Shown: in pieces, positions 26,401-41,400 of the stretch
Position numbering within the stretch: the stretch's first letter is position 1
Layout: the number at the start of each line of letters is the position of its first letter
NCBI RefSeq assembly: GCF_964355755.1
Contig: NC_092672.1
Span: forward strand, 29,394,437-29,458,436
Direction of reading: 5' to 3'
Source of the DNA: Antedon mediterranea
Taxonomy: Eukaryota; Animalia; Echinodermata
DNA: 64,000 bases
Notes under the pieces: generated by a model
Database searches by the model: none
Told to the model about the DNA's origin: nothing
The model's input: only the letters and a program-made list of their open reading frames with translations
Made by a program: the position numbers and the translations under genes

Positions 26401-29400
26401 ATATTTTAACTAGGGAGATCTTCGGAGATATGAGTCACGTCCCATGTGACTTTGTATATAATTACACGTGCAAGAATCCATTTTTACCTGCCTCGAGAAG
26501 CGTACCTTGCGCGCTTGCAATATATTATATCGTTGATTTGCCGAGTTTTAACAGCTTAAGACCTAATCACGCTGTTAAGCTAGAAAAATATTTTGACTAG
26601 GAATGTAGAGCTTTGATAAATTAATGATAATTACGTGATGATGGCGATGATAATGAGCATTTAAATCGCACACCTGAGATAAGATTGTCAATACCTTGTG
26701 TGTACTAAAAAAATAAATTATATGAAAAATTATAAGAAAATGCAGTTAAACCACATTTTCAAAGAAGCTTTCTATTTTGTAGCCAAACATTTTAGATGTC
26801 ATCTTTAAAGATATTGTCCACCTATTAAAAAAAATTATTTTTTTTAATATACCGTAACCATTTTAATGTCACATAATAGTTGTTCACTTTGACCAAAAGC
26901 TGGATCGAAAAGATTATTTACCTGAAAAAAAATGTAATTTTTTAAAGCAAAAAATACTTTAATTGTCTGTCTCGGGTTAAAATTGTCTTTTTAAATTGAA
27001 ATCATTTTTTTTTTTACAGAAGTGAATAGTTTATTAAAAAAACTGCTAAATGTTATTAATCTTCATTTTTCATGTCCATGTTCAATCTTTACAGGTTGTT
27101 CAATTTTCAATAAATAATATTGATATTATTCACAATATCCATTCCAGAAATACATCCACTATGTCTTTAATTTAATATATTCTAGTATCTTTTATTTTAA
27201 TCTCAACGCAGCTATTGGATTGATAACAAAACAATACAAAAACAACAATATTTGCTAAAGTATGGAAAAAAGGAAAATATTAAAATAACCATAAATATTA
27301 AATAAGTATAGTTGTTTGTATTTCCTCTGTATAATATTTTTATGATTAATTTTTAATTTTGACACCTAGGCATTTTTGTTGTTGTTTCTGTTTTGTTGTG
27401 CTTCTATTACTGTATTGTTTGTTTTATCTGTCTATGAGAGCCCTTGATTGTTTAGCTGTTTTAAAGTGTAGACAGAGTTTAAGGAGCATCATCTTTTACA
27501 CCATCCACTTTTAAAATATGCTCAATATTCTAGAATAATTCAATTTAATACACAGGATACAGAATATTGTATCGACACAAGAACAATTAAATGGAAAAAA
27601 AAAACAAGAATTTGGTTTGAATCTTTGTAATAAAAAAGGCATCATGCGTAATCAAATCTGAGTATTTGTTCTCAAAAACATCATACAAATCCAGTTTGCT
27701 AAGACGCTCGGCAACAATGCCAAATTGGATTTGTAATTTAAATTTAAGTAGACAGTCTTAATCCATACAATATAGACATTTACAGTAGTTTGATCATGAT
27801 TTGAAATGTATTCAACAAGCACTGTATCTCCTCAAATGATTTATAACTCCAACTGATGAATTATATAAAAGAACAGCATGTTGTGAATAAGATAAACCAC
27901 AGTCAACAAAACCAGCAAAATTGTTTTTAAAATTACAAAATAGAAAAAAATAAATTTTCATACATAAATTTTAATATCAATTTTTTGCTGGCAGTCAAGT
28001 TAAAGATATAATGATTTTTTTTCTAGATTTTATTTGAATATTCTTTCTTTTTATTATAATAATACAATGTGGTGTGATGGGATAGGAACTAGAATAGATA
28101 GAAGGTATAGATCTACATTATTCCCCAATTATAAAATTAAAACAGTCACTTTTACAAATTAAAATTATTTCAGAAGACAAAAATGACAGACAATTTGATT
28201 AATCCTTGCATTAAATTACAGTTTTTTTTCAGGTAAATATTTTTTTTCCATCCAAAAATGGCATATTCAACATAAACAAAATGTTACAAATGGTTTTTTT
28301 TTCAGGACAATACCTTTAACCATATTTTTTCTATTATTAAGTACATGATTCTTAAGCTCTGTCTACAGTATCAAACTATTTTGACAAAAAAAGTGTAATG
28401 TGCCTAAATATGGCATCAGTTCAAATAATCCGTACATCAAATGTTTTTGTCACTCATGAAGTTTGGTAGTGGAGACTGAGTTTTACAGTATTTTCTTTTT
28501 AATGAAGCTTTGTGAAAGAAAATAATGCTTTTTTTTTATTAAATTAAACTTGATTTATTTTTATCTGCAGGCATCAAGCATCCAAATATAATCTGCAATG
28601 TATGCAAAAAACATGGAATACAAGGAACGAGATGGAAATGTAGTGATTGCCATGACTATGACCTCTGCTTCCTCTGTTATATGAACGACAAACACGACCT
28701 CAATCATTCCTTTCTACGATTTGTTACGCAACATTCTGTCGGGTTAGTATATTTGTAACACTAATAGTAAATAATGTAGCTTTTTTTGTGTTTTCAACGT
28801 GCATTCAATCAAATAGGGAATTTAATGCAAATATAGGTGGGAGGAAAACTACAATACTAAACAGTAACGCTGCCTTGGTAGATATACTACTGTATAGAAA
28901 GTACAGTAACACTGCTTAATATATAGCAGTAATTGAGTGGCATAAACACTGCTTGCTAAGCCAGTAAAGCCTGCAAGGATAAGGCAGTAATGCTGCTACT
29001 ATAAGCCAGTAACACAGATAAGGCAGTAATGCTATTACTGTATAAGCCAGTAACACAGATAAGGCAGTAATGCTATTACTGTATAAGCCAGTAACACCGA
29101 TAAGGCAGTAATGCTGCTACTGTAAGCCAGTAAGACTGATAAGGCAGTAATGCTGCTACTGTAAGTAAGCCAGTAACACTGATAAGGCAGTAATGCTGCT
29201 ACTGTATGCCAGTAACACTGATGGCAGTAATCCTGCTAGTCTACTGTAAGCCAGTAACACTGATAAGGCAGTAATGCTGTTAAGCCAGTAATGGTTAAGC
29301 CAGTAACTAACAATGCTAAGCCAACACTGCTTAGGTTTATAATGCTTTTAATACAATAATAACCGTCCTTGTGGCAGTAACTGTACAGATTTTTTACTAG

Positions 29401-32400
29401 AGTTTAAACCCATAAATAGCTAAGAGAGATTGAAAAGAAATCAATATTGCCACTAAACACAAGGATGGTCTTATACTGATCCAAAATGTATTCCTTAAAT
29501 TTTATCCAGATAATTTTGCTTAAAAGTTCTGTAAACTTAATAAATAATAGCCAGGATACAGTTACTACCATAACATCGTCGTAGCAGGTGCATTGTAATC
29601 AATTTGATTAGTTTTCTTGGCAATATCTTCATACCTAAATTAATGCTTCTAAGATAAAGTCATTATGATTTTAAGCTTGCTTGAAGTAAGCCTTTTAAAC
29701 CGAAAGCAATCCTGGATAAATTACTGCTACCCTGGGAAAAACCATCAAAGCTTGTATTGTATTGTTTTCCTGGTGGTCGTGCATATATTTTTATTTGCAA
29801 TCATAATTTGTCTAGGTTTACATAACGAACTGAACGTTGCTACTTTACGATGTGTGCCATGTTAATTAAATTTCTAACATTGATTTCCTTGCTGTAATAG
29901 TTTTTGTGTTTAATTTGGTTACATGGGAATAAATTAGTTCCCAGAATATAAATTGCTTTTTGGAATTGAGTACTACAAATCCGAGAACTGGGTTGTAGAG
30001 TGCACCATTGCTGACGCCGACAAATTTCAGAAATATGACCATAGTTACTTTGCATTTCCATTCAAATTTATCTAAATTGAAGGTACTGTTAAAACATATA
30101 CAGTATTACAACTAACTTCTTTCCATCATCAATAACAGCAAATTGAATAGCAATGCATTTTCTCAGGTAGTTGAGCTGTAGCTTAGTGGTTAACATCCTT
30201 GCCTTCCAATTCCAATGTCCAGGGTTCAATCCTGACATACAATACTGTAGTGCCAGGGTTGTAACTCCACTCCGTAAGCCTCAAATGAGACTTAGATAAG
30301 CATGATAAATAATTCATAAAATAGTTTATTCATCCTGTAATTTGGGAGTTTCTTGCTGTTGGATTCATATGAAATAAAAAGGTAAATTTCTTTCCCCTCG
30401 TTTCTTCTCCCTAAATTTGTAAACATGAAAATTAAAAGTAATTTCCCAATTGCAGTCATTCATTGCCTGATGCATTGCTTTTAATAACTGTGTTAATTTA
30501 ATTTGTACTATGCAATGTGGTGTGTCGATCAATCATTTTATAGAATACGATATTGTTTACGATACTTGTAATAACTTGAGGCCAGCTGAAGTGGTAATAA
30601 TAATATAATCGTATTATGAGAAGTTCAGAAACCTTTAGCATTTCTACTAATACAAATTCTTCGGAGAATTCTCGCTCACAATACTTGAAAATAAAATGAT
30701 TGAGATTTTAAGAACTCATATTATAATAACAGTATTGACAATAAGGAGAATCTTTAATAAGCAGGTTGTTCTTTTGCCAAATCTTCATATTCTGTGAAAA
30801 ACTACCATATTTGCCTGATCTATGATTTCACTGACTCAGTGTATAGAATATCACTTCTGGCATCAACCTCCTGAATGGCTCCCTGCAATAGCTACATCTC
30901 AGAGACATTATCTCATTGTGTCACTGTCTCCCACATAATGTACCTACCACCACTTCTCGTATTTACTGACTTCACATTTAGTCTCATCCACATTCCCTGC
31001 CTTCCTGCAGCAGTAAATACCTCCCGGATTCACAGGGCTTCCATATTCACTGGACTTCCATATTCACAGGCCTCCCAGATTCATCCCAGATTCACATGCC
31101 TTCCATATTCATGCCTCCCATATTCATGCCTCCCATATTCATGCCTCCCAGATTCATGCCTCCCAGATTCATGCCTCCCAGATTCACAGGCCTCCCACCA
31201 ATATTCATGCCTTCCATATTCACATGCCTCCTACAGTATATTTATGCCTCCCATATTCATGCCTCCCAGATTCACAGGCCTCCCAGATTCACAGGCCTCC
31301 CACCCATATTCATGCCTTCCATATTCACATGCCTCCTATATTTATGCCTCCCATATTCATGCCTCCCATATTCAATGCCTCCCAGATTCACAGGCCTCCC
31401 AGCCATATTCATGCCTTCCATATTCACATGCCTCCCATATTCGCATGCCTCCCAGATTCACAGGCTTCCCAGATTCACATGCCTCCCAGATTCACATGCC
31501 TCCCAGCTTTAGCATCTCCAACATTCTTCTTCTTCTTACATTGTATTCGGCTCCAACTATTGCAATCACAGTCTTCTTCATTCACTGCCCTTTTTTCACT
31601 CTCCTGCCAAGACTCATTAACTGCAGCATTTAAAATTCAACTCACTTCACAAAACAAAACATGTTACTGTCACTAAAAATTGATTATAATTTAGCATACA
31701 GTACAACTTGACTACAGTACATTACAATTACGGTAATTAAGAAATTTCAATGACTTTTTATACTGTATGTCTGAAATATATAGTTGGCCAAGAAATAATT
31801 TTTGCCACAGAAATTTTACTAAGCTAGTGTACACACTATCAAACCGTACAAGTTGCATTCTGGGACGTCGCAGTATACTTTACTTTAGGGTAAAGCCATT
31901 ATATAAACAGTGCCGATCATAGAACCAATTATAGATGTAATTTATTTGAAACATCTTGCCGCGGAAATTCAACTACGCTAGTATAAACGCTATCAAACCG
32001 TACAAGTTGCATTCTGGGACGTCACAGTATACTTTACTTTAGGGTAAAGCCATTATATAAACAGTGCCGATCACAGAACCAATTATAGATGTAATTTATT
32101 TGAATCTAGGTAACTTGTGTTAGACTAGAAAATCCTTGAATTAAATGATTAGTCTAACTTAGAATAGATTGGATTGCGCATTGTCGCTTTCATGTTCATT
32201 AATTTATTGAACTGTTATTTTAAATGAAAAGTAACAGTTTTAAGATTTAACGACAGATGCTTGCTATTTCATACGATTTTCCGACTTCATATTCACCTTC
32301 AGTACAGATAGCCTAGTTCTCTAGTGTAATATTTTGTTTAAAGATGTTAGGCCCTATTGTCCCCCAAAATCATGAAAAATAAAGCTTTATAAAATCAGAC

Positions 32401-35400
32401 TTTGAAGAGGTCATTTTTTAAATGTTTTCACTTCTATCCATAGGGAAAAAAAAATTATTTCACTTATAAAAAGAGGAAATGATAAACAATGAAATTTAAC
32501 ACTGACGACAGAAAATTTGACTTTAAATTACAGTTTATTCAGATAAATTATTGTTTTGCCGATCTTATTTTTAACAAATTGAATATCTGTTTCGACTTTA
32601 AAATGGCATTAAAAAAAATTGTTTTGTACATACTGCTTTGGGATAGGCCGATTCAGGGGACACTCTCTTTAAACTTAACAACTAAACAATTTATTTTGAT
32701 GAAGAATAATCCCAATCTGTGTAGTTTTTTAACATATTTTTGGATTGTTTTTATTGTACCTTGGTGATGTTGTTATGGCTGGTGATATCCTCTATACAGA
32801 TCCTTCTTTTATGGCATATCCTGTTGGGAAAAATGATCAAATATAATCCCTTTAAATCATGTATAATAGATGTTTAATCCGATGAAATCCAAATATTATT
32901 ATGTTATCCCATCAAACCTAATCCCTTGAGATGTCTAATTGGCATTTAATCCTCATAAATGCATATAAGTTTATATCCCATCTCATTTAATCCCCTAGAG
33001 ATTACAATTGATTTGTTTAATCTATAGAAAATCAATAAATCATTGTTATAATCTTTGATTGAATCTACTGCCATTATCGTGATTGTTATTATGGTTGCTA
33101 GGCAATGTATAGTGATGTACACAGTATGCCTGGTGGCAACAGTGTAAATTAATAATAATATATTTCATTAAGGTTATTAATTTACTGCTTAATTAGAGTG
33201 CTTGGTCTTTGCAATAGAATTTCTTCTGGAGTTGAGAATTTCTTATACTGTACAGTAGTTCTACTTCCAATTAGGTTTATGAATTACATTCAGTTTTCCT
33301 CTTTTGTAGTGTAACTACCACTTTTATTCATTCATCATTACAATATACAGTATATTAACTAGTTTATTTAAACTCTTTTTGTCATTATTTTCTAGAATTT
33401 AGAATACTGTACTCTAAATTTATAATAAATAAAAATGCATATATTAGCGTTTACTTACACCCTGTATACAAATTTATAAGTTTATCGCTTTCAATTTTGG
33501 ATAGGATCCAAGTTTAAGTTTGTTAATATTATCTATTAATTTTTTCTATTATGGAAATAAAACTATCTATTAGGAACAACTTTGTACAAAATCTTGATAA
33601 GCTTATTAATTTATGTTTAATTAGGGACCATTTCAAAATTATTCTAGTGCAGTTACAGCAGTATCTCAATTTTGTTGGTATGGTACTGTTTAAAAACTTG
33701 TTTGTAATTTTACTTGTTTTGAGTAATGTTGTACATCATTGTCATTATTGTCGTAATCATCATGTTTATTTCAATGACAAAAAGTACTGCAACTTTCAAA
33801 ATTGAAACTAAAATCATTGATTGCATAATTGTAACAAAATGAATCAGTGTGATATAAAAATAATGAATGTGTATTATGAGTGGAATGGTACAAATAATTT
33901 CATGAGGTGAAAGATGGAATTCTATTTTCACAAGGCAACAGGTGAGTGGATAGAATTTGATATTTCACTTCATGAAATTATTTGTACCATTCCACGAAGA
34001 ATAGATATTCATTAAGATTTAGTTTTTCTTACGCGAGAAGATTTTTTTGTCATATAATATTTGTCTCCATACTCCAGTAACTGCAGTACAAAAAATTGAC
34101 ATGATCTCATAATCATATACAAAAAAAGCAAAACTGAAAATATGCGTGATAATTAATGCAAGCTTTTAAAAATGAAAGTACTTAAATAATTAAAATGATA
34201 TCATACTTTCTAATTCGCTGTCAACACGGATTCACAAAACTGCGTGTTATGGTCATGTGCTAAGTGACTCACCCACCACTATCTACCTTCCTGTTGAAGA
34301 ACAACTTAAAATTTAACTAATTTTTGATGAGTATTGATGAACCTTTGTTCTCACAATAAAGTTGTCCAGTTATGATGGAAAGATACATTTCTGGAAATAT
34401 TGGAAATTTTAACTGAATTTGATTTATTAGTAATTGTAATATTAGCAAGTTGATATTTCAGTGAGAAGAAAGAAGTTTGGTGTTTCTATTTCAAGCTGTG
34501 ATCACCTGAATCTTGTGGATTTATGCGTTAAAATGATACTTTGTGTGTAATTTGGAAAAGGCATCTAGAATCGTTGATATTTGTGGATACATTTAATTTT
34601 AGATGGGATGAAATTTTGAAGTAACACATACTATAGTATTACTTTATTGTGCTGTTAAACCCATCTGATGATTCATTGTTCTCTATTGTTTGAGAATTTT
34701 AATACATTATTGTAGTTTGAGAGGAAAATCGTAAATGAAATTAATCGTTAGATAGTTATGGATTTAAATACTTTTGAAATGGCGATATTTCAAAGTAAAC
34801 AAGAAAATAGTTTTAAATTAAACTGCTACATACTGTAAGTACACTAGTCCATCTTGTGCCTGACTTACCTGAATAAACCAACAACAGTCCTCTGTCTTTG
34901 AAGAGAAGATACATTACGAAAAGAAGACATTGAGTTAGAATACCCCTGTTGGATAATGGGACCATTCCCACATAGTGTAACCTGTACTGGCCAGTAGGAA
35001 AAACATCGTGGAGTCATTTCAAATTGAACAATATTTTATATCAAGAAGAGTACAGTTCGTAAACTTTACAATTGGTTCAAATTTGATGATTTCTACCACC
35101 GTTGTTCAAGTCTGAAACTCAATTCAACAAGGCACAAACAAACTTATCTGATATTCTCATAGGTTTTATTTTCTAAACTGTACTTTTAAACAATAGTAGC
35201 GTACAATTATTTTTGAAACTTTTTATTTGAATCATTTCAAATAATATGGTATCAACAGAGCGATCGGTAACAATCAAACTGATCTTAAGGGTACCTACAT
35301 TACCAAGGTGTGTTGATATTTTTTTTTTAATGCACATTTTAGGTTTCCTGAGAACATTTTCTCCTATGTATATTTGTTTTTTTTCATTAATATTATTATA

Positions 35401-38400
35401 ATGACATTGCTTTATAACACTTCACAATAGACTATTATATTTAAATACAAAACCAAAATACAAAGGGCAGTGGACGAGATGATGTCACATCCCCTAAGGG
35501 TCGCTACGTGTCAACCTGCCAACTATACAGACCTCATTGTCATTTGTCAGTCCATGACAGAGTGTGAATTTTTTTTTTAATTTGGCATTTAATAATTATA
35601 GAAAACAAGAAAATAACAAACTAGGTCATATCATTTAATAGGCTTAAAGATCAGCTTTTAGCCAGTACAGTATTATTATGCATAAGTACTAACTATAAGA
35701 ATGCTATAAGCACTTAAGTATGATACATCTAGTCAATTAAGATTCACAAACTATCCTGTTTACATCCAATTAAAATTTAAAAATCACGTTTCAACCCGTT
35801 ACATCAACTACTATATGTTGCTACTTCTCTTGAAAAATCTTTAAAAAAAACCTGATTTTTTAATTTATTATTTAACTTTTAAACACACATCCATTCTCCT
35901 TAATGAATACAATTCTTTTTGCATTTTAATTAAATTAAAAAAAATTCACATTTTAAACTGTATCTAATGTGTACATCTCTTTAAAAAAATGTAATGAATT
36001 TTTATTTTGAAGGTTAACCCTTTATTAACATTCTTTCTCCTTCCCAAAATCGATTTACAATTTAATCGACTTCACTCCTTCCTAGAATAGAAAGTAGAAA
36101 TTTATCATCAAAATGAATGTTGTTTATAAAGAAAAAAAATTACTAGGAAATGATGAAAGTTCTCATTTGCAGTTGATAAACTCACTGTTAATGAATGTGT
36201 TTTGAATTACAAAAAAAAAAATGTTTAAAGTATTTATCATGTTTATAACGACCTTAACTATTTGATTTTTTTGTTGGTAATCAAGGTTAAAACAATTGAA
36301 ACCAATCAAGAAAAGTAACAAATTTCCACTTGGAAATTCCAAGTTAAAAGAAAAATCTATTGCTGATTGAGAGTTTATATGATTTTGTTTTTATAGAGTA
36401 CGGATGCCAAAGAGACAAGGGGGTACCAAAATACAAAGTAGAGGGCTCTTTCCAGGAGCAAAGGTCGCAAGAGGACCGGACTGGGATTGGAACCATCAAG
36501 ATGGTAAGTTGTGAAGTGATAAGAAAATTGATGATAGATTGCTTTACACAGCCGTAGCCAGCATAGAGGCAGATGAGGCGCCGGTCTCATCTGAAATTTT
36601 CAATTTTCACCTCCCACCCCAATTCCCCAGTACAGGTTGTCCTATTTATGTTATTAATTATATAAAACATCTTTGCCTCATCTGTTTTTAACCTCACACT
36701 ACGACCTTTTCAAAAGATCTCCATCTTTATTGTGGTACAATTTTAGAGTGTTATGACATCATACTGTAAGTCGACTCATATCACTGAAAATTTGGCAGTC
36801 AACTTCCACATGCGCAAGAGGCGCCTATACACAGTCCCTAATTTGATGAATTGACAGTCATGGAGATTGTGGTACAGATAGTGGTAAATTTCAGTAAAGT
36901 TAAAATAATGTCAGAATTAGGTAAAAATATTCATTTTCTTCTTAAACAGGTGGAGAAGGTAAACATGGAAAAGTCAATGATATTCGTGGTTGGGACACCG
37001 AGTCGGGCCGCAGTGTTGCAAATGTTACATGGTCTGCTGGAACGACAAATGTTTATCGTATCGGACACAAAGGAAAAGTAGATTTAAAGTATATTCAAGA
37101 TGCCCCAGGTAGCTACTATTACAAGGATCATCTTCCAAGATTAGGTAAGTAAGAACAACATATATAATAATGTTGTCACTTTGGATGTTTTTACAGAATT
37201 TTTAAGCACCTGAAAATAAACTTTAAATCTAGTCAGCTCGTTTACGAAAACCTGAACATTTCCAGATACATTTTAAATTTTTGCATGAGAGTACAGTAGC
37301 ATGATTTGCATCTCATAAAAAAAATTGCTAACAAATATAATAATAAAAAAAAATAATTGAAAAGAAATAATATTGTTTAATAAACAAAAGGAAAATGCTA
37401 CATCTTCTATTCTTTCTTACAATTGAATATTGGTTATGACAAAAATGGTAGAAATAATTCATATCACTCATACATAATATGTAGTATTTTGTTTTAAACT
37501 TTGAATACAATTCAATATTGATAACAAAGAAGCGTTTAAAGAATGATTTAATTCCAGGTTTGTTTTCATTTCTTTTTGATTTATCATTCACCATTCTCAC
37601 TCAACCATTTCTCTTTGTTTATGTTCATCCACCCTTTCAAATGTCAAAGGTCATCTGTGAACATGAGTGAACTAATTTTTATAGTAATCAATTATTATCA
37701 TTTTTATTTATATTCCTTTATACTTTTCAATTTAGTAAACCATGTATTATTATTTTAAAATAGAGACCATGTCAAAATGATTGCATTTGGTACTCAGAGT
37801 TTTTGCTGAATAATGTTTGGCTCTAAACTATTTTTCTGTATATTTTTCTTGATTTGCTTTAAGCAGATGAAAGTCTTTATCAATCCATGCGTTCAATTAT
37901 CTATCCCTTAATTTTTTCGTCCATTCATTGCCCCATGCCTAAACCATTCGCACACTTTCTGCCTTTGTTAACGTTCCACCACAGACTGATGAGCTTGCTT
38001 ATCTATCCATAGGCTTACTACATTATCTATAGCTGTCTAGCATTGTGTATTGAGAGATTCTTTAAAATCTTATTTTTAACCGAAGATTGATTTTCGCAAA
38101 TCGCATTTAATATACCGCTGCACACAGCTGCAATACCAGTGATTCAAACCTTTTAGGAAAATAAATACATTTACGCTTAATATCCACGGTTCATTGAAGT
38201 TTATAATGTGCGTTAAATCGTAATCATGCTTTTTACGATGAAGATGAGTATTGGTCATCACAGACTCCAATTCCTAAAATGAAACTTAATATTTGGTAGA
38301 TTAATTTGTCTGTAATGTGTATTTCAAGTAATTTATTTCAAAGATGATAGTCATTCAATTAAGATATTGTGTTTAATATTGAACATTATGAAAGTAAATG

Positions 38401-41400
38401 GTTTTATGTTATTTCTTTCTATATCATTTGTATGGTTGTGCATTAAAACGCATTTCAAGCAATTTATTTTGAAGATGATAGTGTTTCAATTAAGATATGT
38501 TTTGAAATGAAATGAAAAGTAATTTAGTGTTTTTTTTGTTTCTATTTGGTTATGATTTAACACAAATAATTGTTTTTTGACACAAATAATTTTTTTTAAA
38601 AAGTATAGTGTTCACTGGTCTAAAAAAAGAATAATAATTATTAAGATAGTAAAATAACATGCACAGCAACGCTACATGGAAGTAAATGATGCCAGTAGTA
38701 TCTTGAGATGCTCCTGTGGGGTGTTTTCCGCACTGTTCGTAAAATCAAAACGGTACTGGGTATGATACTGTAGCATTCTTGTCACCATCCATTCATAGAA
38801 AGTTTGATGAAGAAGGCCATCTGTATGGCGACTGTAGAATGTACCAGAGACATGACTTACTTTTTATGATAGAAGATTGGAATATTTTTTACTAAAGAGT
38901 TATACAATGCATACTGTACGTTTTATAAAATTGCGGTTTTGTACTGTCCCATTTTCGGATAGGTGGCATTAAACACTTTTCTAATTTCTAATTTTTTCAG
39001 TAAGATACAGTACTATTGAAATCTTATAAAAGTATTCCTTATTCTAAATTTGAAACTATCATATCAGGTATCCAACTACGGCGCCATTACGTCTGTCCAC
39101 GACAGTGTGTGTGAACTAGTAGACCGGGGTAACTTCCTACTCGTATCGAAAGATGTACTAGGTAAGTGCACACAAGCAATATGCATACACTGGACCTACG
39201 GTTTATAGTCCTTGTCCGAGAAGACTTGTTCTACCACCAGAACCATCCAGAACGAGTGAGCCTCGAACCCTTGTTGATGTTATGGCTATGGATTACGGTT
39301 CCACTGTCTTAACTGCTTGGCCACTCAATGTATTAAGCCTACGTATTTATACAATTAAATTATTTAATATTTTAGTATTGTTTTCCTTGTCAAAAACTAA
39401 AATAAATAAGAAAATTCACTAAACCATAAGAACTGTCTCACCATTTTGAATGACAGACATAGGACACACAATCACATTCATATTTTATATTCATCATATG
39501 ATAACAATTAAATCTTTAGACTTAGATGTTACACCTTTTCAACAACATTCTTCTACCCTCGGGTCACATCGTGTCATTGGTAGCCAACTACGGCACCATT
39601 ACGTCTGTCCACGACAGTGTGTGTGAACTAGTACACCGGGGTAACCCCCTACTCATCTTGAAAAATGTACTAGGTTCTTTAAAGTGCACATGAGCCAGAT
39701 GGTGATGGTTTATAGTCCTTATCCGAGAAGACTTGTTCTACCACAAAAACCATGGAGTGAGTGAGCTACGAACCCTTGCCAATGTTATGGCTATGGACTA
39801 TGGTTCCACTGTCTTAACCGCTCGGACACACTCGCTCAAACTATTAGTCGTATGGAGCCAGTTTTTTAACTTCTTTTTTTTATTATGTTATATTTTTTTT
39901 AGTACAAGATACTATATTGAAGTCAATACAATTTCTTATTCAATATAAACCTGAAACTAACATTATAAAGAGTATACATTCCATCTTACAAACAAACCAT
40001 AAGCAATAATAATTGATAATATCGAGCGAGTATAAATACATTTCATGTTTCATATTCTAGCTTTTCATTATTTTTGTATTTAAGTGCATCTATTCATCAT
40101 GCGAATCATTAATTCCATTGAAATTCAGAAAAAAAAAATATTGAGCATGGTAAAATAAAATGAGAGATACAGTATGGTTTGCAATTCCATTACTTCTTCC
40201 AATCACAAATTGTGTTATCACTCATTTTTACTGCGATATTTCTGCGGTCAAAAATTTTATATCGATAATATTAAACTTTATTGTAAAAAATAAAATAAGG
40301 AGATAAAAAATGATGACATTTCATTATCGTTGTGAAACTTTATTTTCCGGTCCGTATACAATTTTTTTTCCCATCCGAGATTATAAAATTGAATTTCTAT
40401 GAAAATACAACAATATTTTTCTAAACTTGTATTCGTTTTTTGATTTGCACTGTTTGTTAAGCTCTGTCTACATTATCAAACTTTTTGTGACAAAAAAGTG
40501 TGATGTGCCGATATGGAATTGATGATGTCATATCACTACCATATTTGGGCATATCACTACCATATTTGAGCACGTATCACACTTTTTTTGTCAAACTACA
40601 GTAGCTAGAAAGAATATTGGTCAGATGTTTTGCCCTACTCTGACGTAATTTGTACTTTATACTAAGTGCATTTGAGAATACATTTTCAGGTGGGACTCAA
40701 ACCCATGACCTCCAGATCACTAACCTGGCGTTCATACCTTTAGACCACCGAGCTTGCGCTGATGGCTAGGGTTAGATTCGAACCCAAGTATGCAGCTGGT
40801 ACTGTACCAACAGAGTTGTAATTGTATTTACCTATTGTGGAGAGCTTGCATCAGGGAGTGAAGTATTTGGTCAGATGTTTTGGGTTATTCATCTTTATTA
40901 CATGAGCTATTCTTAATACTTTGTTGGGTACTAAAAGTGCCTTTAGTGTCAATCATAACTAACAGCAGACCTCACACTTAGACTTTTTTTTTGCTGAATA
41001 GAGGCGGGATGTTTGTCTGTTTTTACCTCTGTATATTGTTTTTACAGTACTTAATTGTGTGCATCGGAAAAAAGAATTTTACTTTTGTGATTTCCACATC
41101 TGACAATAAATATATCATATCTTGTATGTTGTACTTAGCTATGATACAGATGATACAACCTTCTTCAATCTTGTGATCACACAATAAAAGCATCTGTCCC
41201 AAATATTGATTAAATTCAGTCTCTGATCAATAATCTTAAATAGAGTTACATTATATAGGTCACCTGCTATCGAGTATATGATTCCTGAGAGAGGTAATTT
41301 GTTTCAAAATAAATGAAACTATATATCACTCGTTGGAATTAACCTGTTTTATATAAAATAGGACAATCACAAACCGGACTAAGTTGCTAAAAGCCTGTTA

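Noticed and set aside
30875-31676. Three overlapping long ORFs (252, 138 and 150 aa)
   Set aside because: They arise from a stop-free 15/17-bp minisatellite, with repetitive peptides in all frames and no splice or domain support
38076-38270. 64-aa minus-strand ORF
   Set aside because: Only a weak resemblance to a decayed LINE RT C-terminus, which is too uncertain to call, and it is not a host gene
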